A DNA stretch of 50,818 bases, from positions 1 through 50,818 of IMG/VR virus record IMGVR_UViG_3300032303_001830, one strand, 5' to 3'. This DNA comes from a virus (lineage: Duplodnaviria; Caudoviricetes). The notes beneath the pieces were generated by a model that worked only from the letters and a program-made list of their open reading frames with translations, ran no database searches and was not told the origin of the DNA. Of this stretch, positions 9,298 through 19,282 are shown piece after piece. The translations under genes were made by a program, and so were the position numbers. Numbering within the stretch: the first letter of the stretch is position 1; every line of letters starts with the position of its first letter.

Positions 9298-9504
9298 TCA
9301 CTTGGTCTTGACCCAACGGAGAGTTGTTTGTAGCAAGTGGTCATAATCTCCACTTGTGGCTTCCTTGTAGTAAGCGTCTTGGACTTCCTTAGACAGACCT
9401 GCTACACGCATAGCCTTCATAACTCGGGCTAGGATTGAGAAGGCGTTTCCATCTTCACCAATCAACTTTACGGACTTTACTTCTGGATACTTTACATCAG
9501 CCAT
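9298..9504 (-). CDS. small conserved-type phage protein
   Basis: VKLIGEDGNAFSIL...ATSGDYDHLL; AGGAG RBS. Confidence 0.7.
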   Translation of the reverse strand: MADVKYPEVKSVKLIGEDGNAFSILARVMKAMRVAGLSKEVQDAYYKEATSGDYDHLLQTTLRWVKTK

Positions 9505-9732
9505 TTTTTATCTCCTATCTATTGGCTACATCTATCTAAACACAAGTTGCCGTGTTATGTTCCTATTTTGGAAAAGTTTTTCCTATCTATTAGAAAAAAT
9601 GAAAACTTATGAGGCTGGCAACAAGATAAAAAAGTTGGTCTAGGTAAGGGGCATAACCTAGACCAACTCAAAGACGGATTGGACACGCCTTTATTTTTGA
9701 CTTAGTGGAATAGGGACACTAAGCCAAGTTTT

Positions 9733-9900
9733 TTATTTTTTTCGTTCCCCAATAGCAACCACAATAGCACCAAGAATTAGGGTTATACCCAGATAGCCAC
9801 CAATCAAGAAGTGGATAGGATTGCCAGATGTATCGGTGTTCTCATAATACAGACCTGTAAGGATAGACATAGCACCTAACGCCATTAGTAAGTATTTCAT
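9733..9900 (-). CDS. small membrane protein (55 aa)
   Basis: Hand-translated MKYLLMALGAMSILTG...; TAATG coupling. Confidence 0.55.
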   Translation of the reverse strand: MKYLLMALGAMSILTGLYYENTDTSGNPIHFLIGGYLGITLILGAIVVAIGERKK

Positions 9901-10109
9901 TAGTTCTTACTCCCTGCGAATAGAGCAAAGGCTAGGGTTGCCAATACTCCAAACATAAGACCATTAGACCAAGCACTAGCCACGCCACCAGACCAGCCAG
10001 CACCCATAGCGTAGAGCATAGCAACTAGCAAGGTATAGACCATAGCAACGGCAGGGATAATAACTATTCCTGCTAGTAATCTACGAAATGTGTATTTGTT
10101 GATTTTCAT
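9900..10109 (-). CDS. small membrane protein
   Basis: Two hydrophobic helices. Confidence 0.65.
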   Translation of the reverse strand: MKINKYTFRRLLAGIVIIPAVAMVYTLLVAMLYAMGAGWSGGVASAWSNGLMFGVLATLAFALFAGSKN

Positions 10110-10307
10110 TTAGAGCCACCTTTTCAGTTCAGTTGGATTGTTCCAACAAGTTCAGTTTAGTATTAGCCGTGTTAGTAGAGCAACACTTTTTCCAAAGATT
10201 TTTCCTTACTATTAGAGAAAATGAAAACTCTTTATCCTGCCAATAGAATAAAGGTTCTCCCCCCTGACGACCAACCACGGAGAACAGGGGGGAGAAGTTT
10301 TTAGGGT

Positions 10308-10448
10308 CTAGTTATTATCACTAGGCTTGGTAGTAAGGTCAATGCCAATCAGTTCAGCAAGGGCGTTCAGGTTCGCTTTTGTTTGGTTCAGTTCAGCGAT
10401 TAGAGCATCAATGCGAGCAATCAGTTCATTATTCGTTTGAGTTTCCAT
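10308..10448 (-). CDS. small coiled-coil protein (46 aa)
   Basis: Hand-translated METQTNNELIARIDALIAEL...; AGGAG RBS; sole gene of its cassette. Confidence 0.65.
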   Translation of the reverse strand: METQTNNELIARIDALIAELNQTKANLNALAELIGIDLTTKPSDNN

Positions 10449-10617
10449 TTGTATCTCCTATTTGTTTGGATACTTTATCTAACCACAGACCTAGGACATT
10501 TGTTCCCCAATCCGTGTAGTTTTTTCCTATCTATTAGAAAAAATGAAAAGTTGTTAGGCTGGCAATAGATAAAAAATAGTCCCCCTGACTTTTTATCAAG
10601 GGGACTATCTTGGCAGA

Positions 10618-11205
10618 TTAGTTTAGATAGTTTTCAGCAACAAACTCAGGTGTAATCTCAAAAAACTCTTGGACTACTTCCACATAAGCATAGTCATCAT
10701 CATTCAGCCATTCTCTATAAATAGAGCCGTCATCTGCCGTATAGACCTTAGCAACTTGGCGTTGGACTAGATAAACTTCACCCTTGTAGTAAGCGTCTAT
10801 CTCCACCATAGCGTTTTTGAGTTCATCTAGCGTATAGTTTTCAGGGTTATTTATTGGATAGACAACTACTTCATTCCACTCACCTTGACTATACCCTTTT
10901 AGTTCATAAAATAAGTGAGGCACTTTATTTACGCCAGAGTTTAGGTAATCACTAATAAGACCCTTGACCTTGCCAAAGTCCCCTAAGTAGATTGCTTCAC
11001 CAATGATGTCCTGAATACCATTAGAGTATGATGAGTTAGCCGTGTATGGTCGCATTCCCCTTGCTGATTGGATTGTTTCCAAACCTATACCTTGATTACT
11101 TGCGTAAGTTTCAGTTGGTTCATACTGACCTGATACATACGCTATAACCCTAGTATTTTCATCTAGCATTAGGATTGTAGTTCCTTGCTCTTTTTCAGTT
11201 TCCAC
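10618..11205 (-). CDS. hypothetical protein
   Basis: GTG start after AGGAG; KGYSQGEW motif. Confidence 0.7.
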   Translation of the reverse strand: METEKEQGTTILMLDENTRVIAYVSGQYEPTETYASNQGIGLETIQSARGMRPYTANSSYSNGIQDIIGEAIYLGDFGKVKGLISDYLNSGVNKVPHLFYELKGYSQGEWNEVVVYPINNPENYTLDELKNAMVEIDAYYKGEVYLVQRQVAKVYTADDGSIYREWLNDDDYAYVEVVQEFFEITPEFVAENYLN

Positions 11206-11370
11206 TTTTTTCTCCTATCTAGTGTGGATACATCTATCTAAACACAAGTTATCCACTTATGCTCTTTATTTTCCTATCTATTAGAAAAAATGAAAACTTA
11301 TGGGCTTGCCAATGAAATAAAGTTTTCCCCCTAACCTTTTCAGGCTAGGGGGCTAACTTTTAGCCGTGTC

Positions 11371-11721
11371 TTACTTCTTGGACTTGTAAAGCGACACTAG
11401 AACTGAATAACGGATTTTCTTGCGAGTAGCGTTCCAGATTTTATCGCTGACCATCTCTTTTAGGATTTCGTCATCTGTTGCTTCTCTCTCACGCCAATCT
11501 CTACGCAAGACATCTATGTTTTGGTGGATTAGCAAGTTGCTACCTTCGTCAAACAAGGTATCTAACTGCTCGCTGATTTCCTTGCGTAGTTTCTCTAATC
11601 TAGCGATTTCGGCACGGACTTCGGTTAGTTGCTCAACTAGGGCTACATCTGTTTTCTTGACCTTTGTTGCCTTAGGTTCGGTGTTGCTAGTCTTTGACTT
11701 TGATTTTATTTTCGTGGTCAT
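11371..11721 (-). CDS. hypothetical coiled-coil protein
   Basis: Single-gene cassette. Confidence 0.7.
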   Translation of the reverse strand: MTTKIKSKSKTSNTEPKATKVKKTDVALVEQLTEVRAEIARLEKLRKEISEQLDTLFDEGSNLLIHQNIDVLRRDWREREATDDEILKEMVSDKIWNATRKKIRYSVLVSLYKSKK

Positions 11722-12078
11722 TTTGTCTTTCTTGTTAGTTAGGTAAGCATTTATTTCACTTACATTATTATCTAACCATAGACCTAAGACATTTGTTCCT
11801 GATTTCTTATTTATTTTCCTATCTATTAGAAAAAATGAAAACTTATGTTGTTGCCAATAAGATACAAAATAAACCCTTATTGCTAAGGGTCTATTTTTTG
11901 TTTTACTCGGTGTTGCTATAAGTTCGGTTATGGATTGGCTCTATTCCGTCAAGTAGTTTTTCACACTTTTCACAAAGTATCATAACGCTTATTTTTCGGC
12001 TCTCTTTTACCATTACAACTTTTGTTCCCAAAACCCAACTCTCGCAATACTCGCAGAGAGATTGGCTTTTCATTTTGA

Positions 12079-12348
12079 TTAGTCCCAACCATAGCAACCA
12101 CAATAAAAACTATCTGTTTCACTATTAGGGTGATAGGCAAAGAACGGCAGGGAGAGAGATGAAGCAGTTTCAGCACCACAACCATAACTACACTTAGCCT
12201 TGCGATTATCTAGGCTAGGTTGCTCATCAGCGACTTCATCAGCACCAGCGACAATACCAGAGCAGGACACACAACAAGGCTTTTCAGTTCCGTCTTTTAG
12301 GATAGTGAAACCTGTTGCCGTATGACCACATTTCATTAGTTCAGCCAT
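12079..12348 (-). CDS. Cys-rich (zinc-binding) protein
   Basis: CGH, CVSC, CSYGC, FYCGCYGWD. Confidence 0.7.
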   Translation of the reverse strand: MAELMKCGHTATGFTILKDGTEKPCCVSCSGIVAGADEVADEQPSLDNRKAKCSYGCGAETASSLSLPFFAYHPNSETDSFYCGCYGWD

Positions 12349-12521
12349 TTTTTATTTTCCTTTCGTTAGGCATACTTTATCTAAACACACTTTTCACTTT
12401 TATTGCTATTGTTCCCCATACTATTAGAAAAAATGAAAACTCGTGGTGTTGCCAATAATAAATAGATAAAAAATAGTCCCTAACTTTTTACGCTAGGGAC
12501 TACTTTTACTCGGTGAAGATT

Positions 12522-12929
12522 TTACTCGTCTTCATCTTCTTCCCGATCTTCAGGTTCGCCATCTTCGTTATCGTCATAGTCGGCACACACTCCACGACAA
12601 CTAGGGTCATTACAATCTTCACATTCTTCGTAATCCTTAGCACCTTGCTCAATCAAAGTGATAAAGCCTTCATTTTCATCTTGACCTGCTGGCACACTCT
12701 CTATGGCTTGGATAAAGCGTAGCGAGCAAGACTTCTCAAACCACTCTTTTAGGGTCGCTAACATCTGGCTAGGGGTTAGTTGCTCGCTAGTGTAGATAAG
12801 GTCGTATTCATACACTCGCATTTGCTCAACTTGCTCGGTGTCTAGTAGCACATAGATTTTGTGGCAGGTATCAAACGCAATACCCTTAGCGTCATCTAAA
12901 TACATCTCAACATTTTCCCAATCAATCAT
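12522..12929 (-). CDS. hypothetical protein with acidic tail
   Basis: FDTCHKIY..CSLRFI; D/E-rich C-terminus. Confidence 0.7.
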   Translation of the reverse strand: MIDWENVEMYLDDAKGIAFDTCHKIYVLLDTEQVEQMRVYEYDLIYTSEQLTPSQMLATLKEWFEKSCSLRFIQAIESVPAGQDENEGFITLIEQGAKDYEECEDCNDPSCRGVCADYDDNEDGEPEDREEDEDE

Positions 12930-13109
12930 CTTGACTTTTTCCTATCTATTTTCGGGGGGTGTTGCTTACATACTTACTCTAACTCTTTTCACCTAAAAAA
13001 TGTTTCCATTTTGGAAAACTTTTTTTAGTTTTTTCCTATCTATTAGAAAAAATGAAAAGTTATGAGGGTGTCAATAAAATAACTCTGCTCGGTGTTTAGC
13101 ATTTTATTT

Positions 13110-13658
13110 TTATCTGGCTTTTTTCTTAGCCTGAAACTTGTCGCTTGCTTTTTTGGCAGACACTTTTTGGCAAGGTAAGCAAGTTGGAGTTGTATTTCGT
13201 ATCAAAGTATTTTCAGGAGTTCTATCGTGTAGTCCATTTCTACATTTAGGATTAGCCTTGATACTCGCAATCAAGTTAGGGCGAGAGTTATGAGCAAAGA
13301 TTTCTCGGTGTTTCAGTTCGTAATGATTTGGATTTACGCATAGGTCTAGTTCGCAAGTCTGCTCTAAGGCGTAGTAGCGTTGTTCTGGCAACTTGCCTAT
13401 TCTGCTCTCGTAAGCGTATCTATGAGCAAAAACCATTTTGCCATTTGTGCGACCTTGACCTGACCAAAATAGAGGTCTGCGTTTGTTGCCATTAGATTTT
13501 TTGGCTGGCTGGAAACTTCCGTGCCATAGCCAACAACCATTATCTAAAATCTCAACCCTGCGAGCAAAGTTTATTTCGGTGTGGTTGTGCGAGAGTGGTG
13601 TTAGAACGCTAGTCCCTAAAAGTTCAGGGAGAGCCTTGTGTGAGTTTGTATTAGCCAT
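13110..13658 (-). CDS. HNH endonuclease-like protein (His-Me finger, possibly inactive) with C-terminal zinc finger
   Basis: GCWLWHG, AHRYAYE, C..DLCVNPNH, C.NG.H..TPENT..CLPC. Confidence 0.75.
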   Translation of the reverse strand: MANTNSHKALPELLGTSVLTPLSHNHTEINFARRVEILDNGCWLWHGSFQPAKKSNGNKRRPLFWSGQGRTNGKMVFAHRYAYESRIGKLPEQRYYALEQTCELDLCVNPNHYELKHREIFAHNSRPNLIASIKANPKCRNGLHDRTPENTLIRNTTPTCLPCQKVSAKKASDKFQAKKKAR

Positions 13659-13922
13659 AAATACATACTAAGGCTAGGGGGTGTCATTTTTTTCGGTGTT
13701 CTGCCTATCTATTAGAAAAAATGAAAACTTGTGGTGTCCCCCAATAAATAAAAATAAAAAAATACCCTGCTATTTCTAGCAAGGTATCTTTTAGAGCGAG
13801 TGGATTATTTCATTACACCTTTACCTTTACAGGTGCGACAGATTTGCTCGTATTTGTCTTCACCTGCTCCATTACAAGATAAACAGAGTTCGTATTGTTC
13901 TTCTTCCATTTGGTTCTCCAAT

Positions 13923-14111
13923 CTAATCAGTTAGGAAGTCTTGGTCTTCGTGATGAATAGAAGTTTCGGTGTCTTCGTTTTCGTCTTCATCTTCGTCATA
14001 GTCCATTTCTAAACTCTCCCTATAAGCGTCAATAGGGTCTGGCTCGTATCTACCAAAAGGGTCGCTTTCGGTATAGCAAGAGCAACAAGGTCTGTCTTCG
14101 CAATCACACAT
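13923..14111 (-). CDS. small, highly acidic Cys-rich protein
   Basis: CDCEDRPCCSC followed by D/E tract. Confidence 0.65.
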   Translation of the reverse strand: MCDCEDRPCCSCYTESDPFGRYEPDPIDAYRESLEMDYDEDEDENEDTETSIHHEDQDFLTD

Positions 14112-14291
14112 TTTGAGTTTCCAATCTACTTAGTTAGTGAAGCATTACATAAAAATAATAACCCAAACAGAAACATTTTTATTCTTATTTTTTCGGTGTT
14201 TATTGTTCTATTAGAAAAAATGAAAACTCGTGGTGTTCCCAATAATAAAAAAAAATAACCCTGACTAATCAGGGCTATTTTTTTGGTGTTG

Positions 14292-14531
14292 CTAATCTTC
14301 TTGACTTAGCAACATCTGGACTTGGTGGCTTGCTTGTAAGATTGCTAGGCGTGTTGAGATTATGGCTTCTCTAACTTCTAAATCTTCTTTGGTGTGGTGT
14401 GGTTCAGTAATAAGCAATCCTAAGTGGTCATTAGTCCATAGGTCATTTATTAGGTCAAACGCTAAATCAAGTTGGGCTTGGGCAAGCGTTAGGCGTTCTT
14501 CTGGTGTTTTTGCTGGCATTTCAGTTTCCAA
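14292..14531 (-). CDS. hypothetical protein
   Basis: Single-gene cassette; start uncertain (TTG 14531 or ATG 14519). Confidence 0.6.
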   Translation of the reverse strand: METEMPAKTPEERLTLAQAQLDLAFDLINDLWTNDHLGLLITEPHHTKEDLEVREAIISTRLAILQASHQVQMLLSQED

Positions 14532-14754
14532 TCTATTTTTGAGTGTTGCTATAAAGATACTAACTTTATTACTAATACTTTTATTCCTATTTCCCCCTTT
14601 TATTAGAAAAAATGAAAACTTGTAAGGTTGGCAATAGTAAGGGCAACCTAACTTTTTGTATAAAAAATGAAAACTCTATTTTTCAGCGTTCATAAAAAAA
14701 ATAGGCAATAACGCTTTTACACGCTATTACCTATCTCTTTACGCTTTTACGCTT

Positions 14755-15156
14755 TTACACTTGTTCCCGTTTAGCGTTGATAATCTCTATCGCTGATAAC
14801 GGCTTAGGTATCTCTACGGCTTCACTTGTAGCGAACTCCCTATACTCTACTCCGTCATAAGTGTAAATACCTGTATCGGCATCTACATAGACACTAGGAC
14901 TATCTACCCAAGCCGTCTTATCGTCAATGTGTCCTTGCTCTATACCAAACCCTAGCGAGCCGTCATACGAGCCGAGTATTATTGCGAACTCGTAAAATAG
15001 TTGAGCCGTTAGATACGATACATCTCCAAGCCGTGCCGTCTTTTCCAATACACTCTGAACGGCTAACAGGTTATCCGTGCCTGACCAATGCCCGTAAAGT
15101 AATACGGGAACTTCCAAGCCGTCTGCGTTTATCTGTATGTATGACCGATTACCCAT
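14755..15156 (-). CDS. hypothetical protein
   Basis: MGNRS..LYGHWSG; TAATG coupling. Confidence 0.7.
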   Translation of the reverse strand: MGNRSYIQINADGLEVPVLLYGHWSGTDNLLAVQSVLEKTARLGDVSYLTAQLFYEFAIILGSYDGSLGFGIEQGHIDDKTAWVDSPSVYVDADTGIYTYDGVEYREFATSEAVEIPKPLSAIEIINAKREQV

Positions 15157-15452
15157 TATGCTACTTCCTTGCCGTTATCGGTGTCGGTGTCTGTTGCGAG
15201 CCACTCGGTTAGGTGGTGGTGTTCTACGATTACCGATACGGGTGCTGTGTGCTTGCCGTGATACATTACTCCGTCTGGCAGATTTATCTCGGTGTCCCAA
15301 TAGCCGAGCCGTGCTAGTTCTATGCTCTCTATACAAGGCTCTACCATAGTTGTCGGTATCGGTGGATAGTGATTGGCTGTTAGGTGGATTGCTAACTGCT
15401 GGCGTAGTGATACTTCTGCCACTACTAACTCTGTTGCCATTTGCTTACCCAT
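15156..15452 (-). CDS. hypothetical protein
   Basis: HLTANHYPP..HHHL; AGGAG RBS. Confidence 0.7.
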   Translation of the reverse strand: MGKQMATELVVAEVSLRQQLAIHLTANHYPPIPTTMVEPCIESIELARLGYWDTEINLPDGVMYHGKHTAPVSVIVEHHHLTEWLATDTDTDNGKEVA

Positions 15453-15635
15453 TTATTTACTCCTGTTCGTTAGGGTAATACGAGTTTAGCCTAGTTCGGT
15501 GTGGTGTCAAGTTCATTTCATTATTTTTTTATTCGTGTTTATTGTTCTATTAGAAAAAATGAAAACTTGTAGAACTGCCAATAGATAAAATAAGAACGCC
15601 TACCTTTTCAGGTAAGCGTTCCCATTTAGCGAAAC

Positions 15636-16013
15636 TTACTGCTCTAATCTGAACCCTAGACTTTCATAAGCCCTGATTGGTGTTGAGATAATCTGTCGTT
15701 CCCCATCTTCTTCACTATAAGCGAAGATTGTGAAACGCTTATCCCCACTTGGATTGTTTAGGGATTTTAGAAACGCTAGAACTTCTTTGACTTGCTCTTG
15801 TAGTTCTGCGACATCTACGCTGTCTGTGTCAATCTCGGTAAGATTGTCCAACTCGCTTGATAGGTCGCTTGCCTGACTTGCCAAGTCTGTTGCTGTGCCT
15901 TGTAGGTCGCTGATAGCACTATTTAGGTCATTAGCGTTATCAACGATTGTATCTACTTCATCTAGGCTAGATAAAACTTCTTCCAACTTAGATACCATTT
16001 CTGCTGGTGTCAT
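15636..16013 (-). CDS. acidic coiled-coil protein
   Basis: AGGAG RBS; heptad pattern. Confidence 0.7.
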   Translation of the reverse strand: MTPAEMVSKLEEVLSSLDEVDTIVDNANDLNSAISDLQGTATDLASQASDLSSELDNLTEIDTDSVDVAELQEQVKEVLAFLKSLNNPSGDKRFTIFAYSEEDGERQIISTPIRAYESLGFRLEQ

Positions 16014-16209
16014 TTCTGAACTCCTATTTCTTTACAAGCAACTTTTGTTGCCATACCTAAATAGTATCAACTTCTAATCTTTCGTCAAATGTTTTGAGCA
16101 AGATTTTCCTACTTATTAGAAAAAATGAAAACTTGCGAAACTGACATTAGATAAAAAATGTAGTCAGTTTAGACACTTGACTAGGTGTTTCCCATTTTTC
16201 AGGGGTGGT

Positions 16210-16728
16210 CTAGCAGATTGAGAACCCACCTGAGTTTTCCAAGAACTCTGCGAACTCTGCTATGTCGTCTAGGTCTAGGTAATAGTTGAGTTCCCAACTA
16301 TCTTTTTTACCCTCACCATTACAACCATTACACCAGCCGTGAGAACGACCTAGCAACACTCTATCCGTTTCACTTAGTTCTCTATCAGGCATACCATTTT
16401 CCAAGCCGACTTTATCAGCACGAATACCCGAGCCACTACATAGGTCGCAGTTCTCTCTTGGCAACATAGATAGATGTATGTTCCGTGCCGTTATGTAAGT
16501 GCTTGCCGTGCCGTCAGCCAAGTCTTGTCTAAGCAACTCGGCAAGTTTTAGCGAGCCGTTCTTGCCTAGTCCGTCCCCACTATTGCTGTGTCCGTGCTTG
16601 ACCTTGCCAGCAACCTTGCCGTGTCGGTCTAAGCAGTAGTCCCATAGTGGTCGCCAGCCCCAGACATTTCTGCGAAAATACGAGCCGACTTCGTTAGTCG
16701 GGTTCTTACCATAAACGTCCATACCCAT
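16210..16728 (-). CDS. hypothetical protein with DnaJ-type CxxCxGxG zinc motifs
   Basis: YFRRNVWGWRPLW; CDLCSGSG, CNGCNGEG; SGGFSIC. Confidence 0.7.
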   Translation of the reverse strand: MGMDVYGKNPTNEVGSYFRRNVWGWRPLWDYCLDRHGKVAGKVKHGHSNSGDGLGKNGSLKLAELLRQDLADGTASTYITARNIHLSMLPRENCDLCSGSGIRADKVGLENGMPDRELSETDRVLLGRSHGWCNGCNGEGKKDSWELNYYLDLDDIAEFAEFLENSGGFSIC

Positions 16729-16930
16729 TTGATTTACTCCTTATTTATCGGGTTGTAGTTTCACATTACACGCATTTTATTTTCCACGCAAGCCGTATCT
16801 AAAAAGTTTTTTGTTCTATTAGAAAAAATGAAAACTTGCTATTCCGTCAATAGTGAAAAAAGAAATCCCGACCAGCGAGAGAAATGGAGATAAAAAACGC
16901 TAGTCGGGATTTCGGTCTGTGTGCTATCCG

Positions 16931-17140
16931 TTATTCCATTTCGGTTTCAGGTTCAGCAGTTTCGGTTTCGTCAGGTTCGGCATACCCGAACTCCACTACC
17001 ATTTCGTCAATCTTGTTAGCGATTGTAAAAAATGCTTTTGAGTTTTCGGTATCCGTTTGAGCAGAATACATAAGCAGGTCAAGGAGTAGTTCCGTTTCCT
17101 TTTCCGTTAGTTTTGCTAAGGTGCTTGTGCTTGTTCCCAT
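16931..17140 (-). CDS. small acidic protein
   Basis: GAAAGGA RBS. Confidence 0.6.
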   Translation of the reverse strand: MGTSTSTLAKLTEKETELLLDLLMYSAQTDTENSKAFFTIANKIDEMVVEFGYAEPDETETAEPETEME

Positions 17141-17186
17141 TTGTGCGAGCCGTCCTTTCAGTTCAGGCTAGTTTGTTTGTTCTTAC

Positions 17187-17483
17187 CTATCTTGACACTA
17201 AATCGCTTGCCGTGTCAAGAAGTTCTTGTGCTGTATCGGGTATTGAGTATTTACTCATTACCAAGCCGACTTTGAGAATAAGGTCAGCCGTATCTACTCG
17301 CATACACTTTGCTATCTGTTCCAAGATTTCACTACTAGGGTCTTTGCTACCCCGTTCTAGTTCCCATAGATAGTTATACGAGAGATGAACCTGTCCCCTA
17401 CTAATAGTCATTTGTCTAAGGGTCAGGTTATTTTCTTTTCGGTGAGTTGCGATTACATCTGCGAGTGCTTGTCTAAATAACAT
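17187..17483 (-). CDS. XRE-family HTH regulator, ClgR-like
   Basis: LFRQALADVI..TLRQ..SYNYLWELERGSKDPSSEIL resembles actinobacterial ClgR ([20 protein letters not shown]). Confidence 0.7.
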   Translation of the reverse strand: MLFRQALADVIATHRKENNLTLRQMTISRGQVHLSYNYLWELERGSKDPSSEILEQIAKCMRVDTADLILKVGLVMSKYSIPDTAQELLDTASDLVSR

Positions 17484-17498
17484 CTGTCCGTGCCGTCC

Positions 17499-17720
17499 TT
17501 ATCTTTTGTTATACGCAGGGTGTCTAAGTTTAGCGAACGCTTTGTCGTATTCGTCCTTGCCGACTTTGTAGTAGTAGTTCTCTAAATAGATAATACCTGA
17601 TTTGAGAGCCTTAGCAACTAACTTTGAGTTAGGCAACTTCTTAGCAAGCCCCATTAGAAATACTACTCGCTTTGGCATACCAACTTCTTTGATAAAGAAA
17701 TCTCTGTAATGCTTTTCCAT
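17499..17720 (-). CDS. small basic protein
   Basis: GAAAGGA RBS. Confidence 0.65.
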   Translation of the reverse strand: MEKHYRDFFIKEVGMPKRVVFLMGLAKKLPNSKLVAKALKSGIIYLENYYYKVGKDEYDKAFAKLRHPAYNKR

Positions 17721-17917
17721 TTTCTTTTCCTTTCGGTTCTGTAAATACTATACAGAATACCTATGACATTTTGCTACTTATTTTCCGTGTTTTTCCATTT
17801 CATTAGAAAAAATGAAAACTTGTAAAAGTGCTAATAGATAAATAAAAAACGCTGACAGACTTTTACATCTGCCAGCGTTCTTAGTCGGGAAATGGTATTC
17901 AGTTATAGTGGCTCTGA

Positions 17918-18289
17918 CTAGACAACATCTACTCGTAGAGTTGGCTCACCAGCACCTTTGGCGACCTTGTAAGGCATTAGGAGTGCGTATAGTTCAGGGT
18001 TTTCCTGTTCTACACGAGCAAGGTCAATCTTTTCAGGACTAGGGATTACCTTGATTGAGATTAGACGCTTGCCCTTTGCGTCAGTTCCAATCAGGTTAGA
18101 AGTGATTGTGCCAAGAGCAGTTAGAAGTGATGAACGAGCAGTATCACTCATTTCCTTTGCTTGCTTGCCTAAATCACGACCAGCACGAATAGCCTTTGCG
18201 TGTCTTTGTAGCGTTGGTGATAACACGACAAGGGTATCGGTGGTGCTTACTGACTTTGTTTCTTTGGTGCTTGTTGTTTTAGTTGCCAT
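17918..18289 (-). CDS. hypothetical protein
   Basis: GAAAGGA RBS, single-gene cassette. Confidence 0.7.
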   Translation of the reverse strand: MATKTTSTKETKSVSTTDTLVVLSPTLQRHAKAIRAGRDLGKQAKEMSDTARSSLLTALGTITSNLIGTDAKGKRLISIKVIPSPEKIDLARVEQENPELYALLMPYKVAKGAGEPTLRVDVV

Positions 18290-18493
18290 TTGACGATTTC
18301 CTTTCAGGGTGCTTAGTCAATGGATTTGATTACCTTATGAGTAAATCACTTTTACTATCTCGTGTCAAGTCTATTTCCAAAAGTTTTTTAGATTTTTCCA
18401 TTTCATTAGAAAAAATGAAAACTTGCTGATTTGCTATCAGGTAAAAAAATAAACGCTAGCAACTTTTCACCAGCGTTTATCTTTCGTTAGAAG

Positions 18494-19282
18494 TTAGTCC
18501 AGCGTTGGATAGACACGCTTTCCTAGTTCATCTTTGACCACACAAATAGTTTCGTCCATTTGTAGTTCCAAAGTATCGGCAGTATTGTTCGCAAGTTCCC
18601 AAGCCTGTTCGGCATCTTTGGCGATTACTTTGTATGTCCGTGTAATCTCAACAAAGAACTCTTTGTTTTCTCTCGGGCAATCGTCATACCAATCTTCTTC
18701 ATCATCAGAATAGGAACACAAGCACCCGTCTTCGTTATCTCTCTCAACATAGTCAGCGTGGCTACTCGGCTCACTCCAAGACTTAGTTTCAGACAACTCG
18801 CCACTCTCACCGATAAACTCAGCACCCCAGCCTGTTTCTTCTTCACACGAAAACTCAAAAGTAAGTTTCGGGTGTTGTTCCGTCATAGCACGAAACACAG
18901 GTTCGGGAATAGACCAAGCCGTAGAGAAGTTTATGCTAACGCTAGCCGTATCAGCGTTGATAGAACTTGATACTTCCAAGCCGACTTCATTAGCGTCCCA
19001 CTTAGTATTCCAATTAGCATTATTCCACCCATACCAATTATTCGGGGTGTCCCCGAGTTGCTTGCCGTCAGCCCAGCCGTGAGTTCCAAAATACTCGCCA
19101 CTATCAACTGCGTCCTTTGGTGGTGCTACAAAGTTCCAGAACGAGAACTCGGGTTCGGTGGTCATTATGACCTTGCCGTCTATGAGGCTTTCAGGGTGTA
19201 GAGCCGTTGCTTTCGCAACGAACTCTGCCACTTCTTCCTTAGTGCCACTTACGCTGACGCTGTTATAGACCCAATTAGGCAT
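18494..19282 (-). CDS. DUF1281/YubB ferredoxin-like domain protein
   Basis: MPNWVYN, WYGWNNANWNTKWD, FSTAWSIP, HPKLTFEF motifs. Confidence 0.75.
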   Translation of the reverse strand: MPNWVYNSVSVSGTKEEVAEFVAKATALHPESLIDGKVIMTTEPEFSFWNFVAPPKDAVDSGEYFGTHGWADGKQLGDTPNNWYGWNNANWNTKWDANEVGLEVSSSINADTASVSINFSTAWSIPEPVFRAMTEQHPKLTFEFSCEEETGWGAEFIGESGELSETKSWSEPSSHADYVERDNEDGCLCSYSDDEEDWYDDCPRENKEFFVEITRTYKVIAKDAEQAWELANNTADTLELQMDETICVVKDELGKRVYPTLD

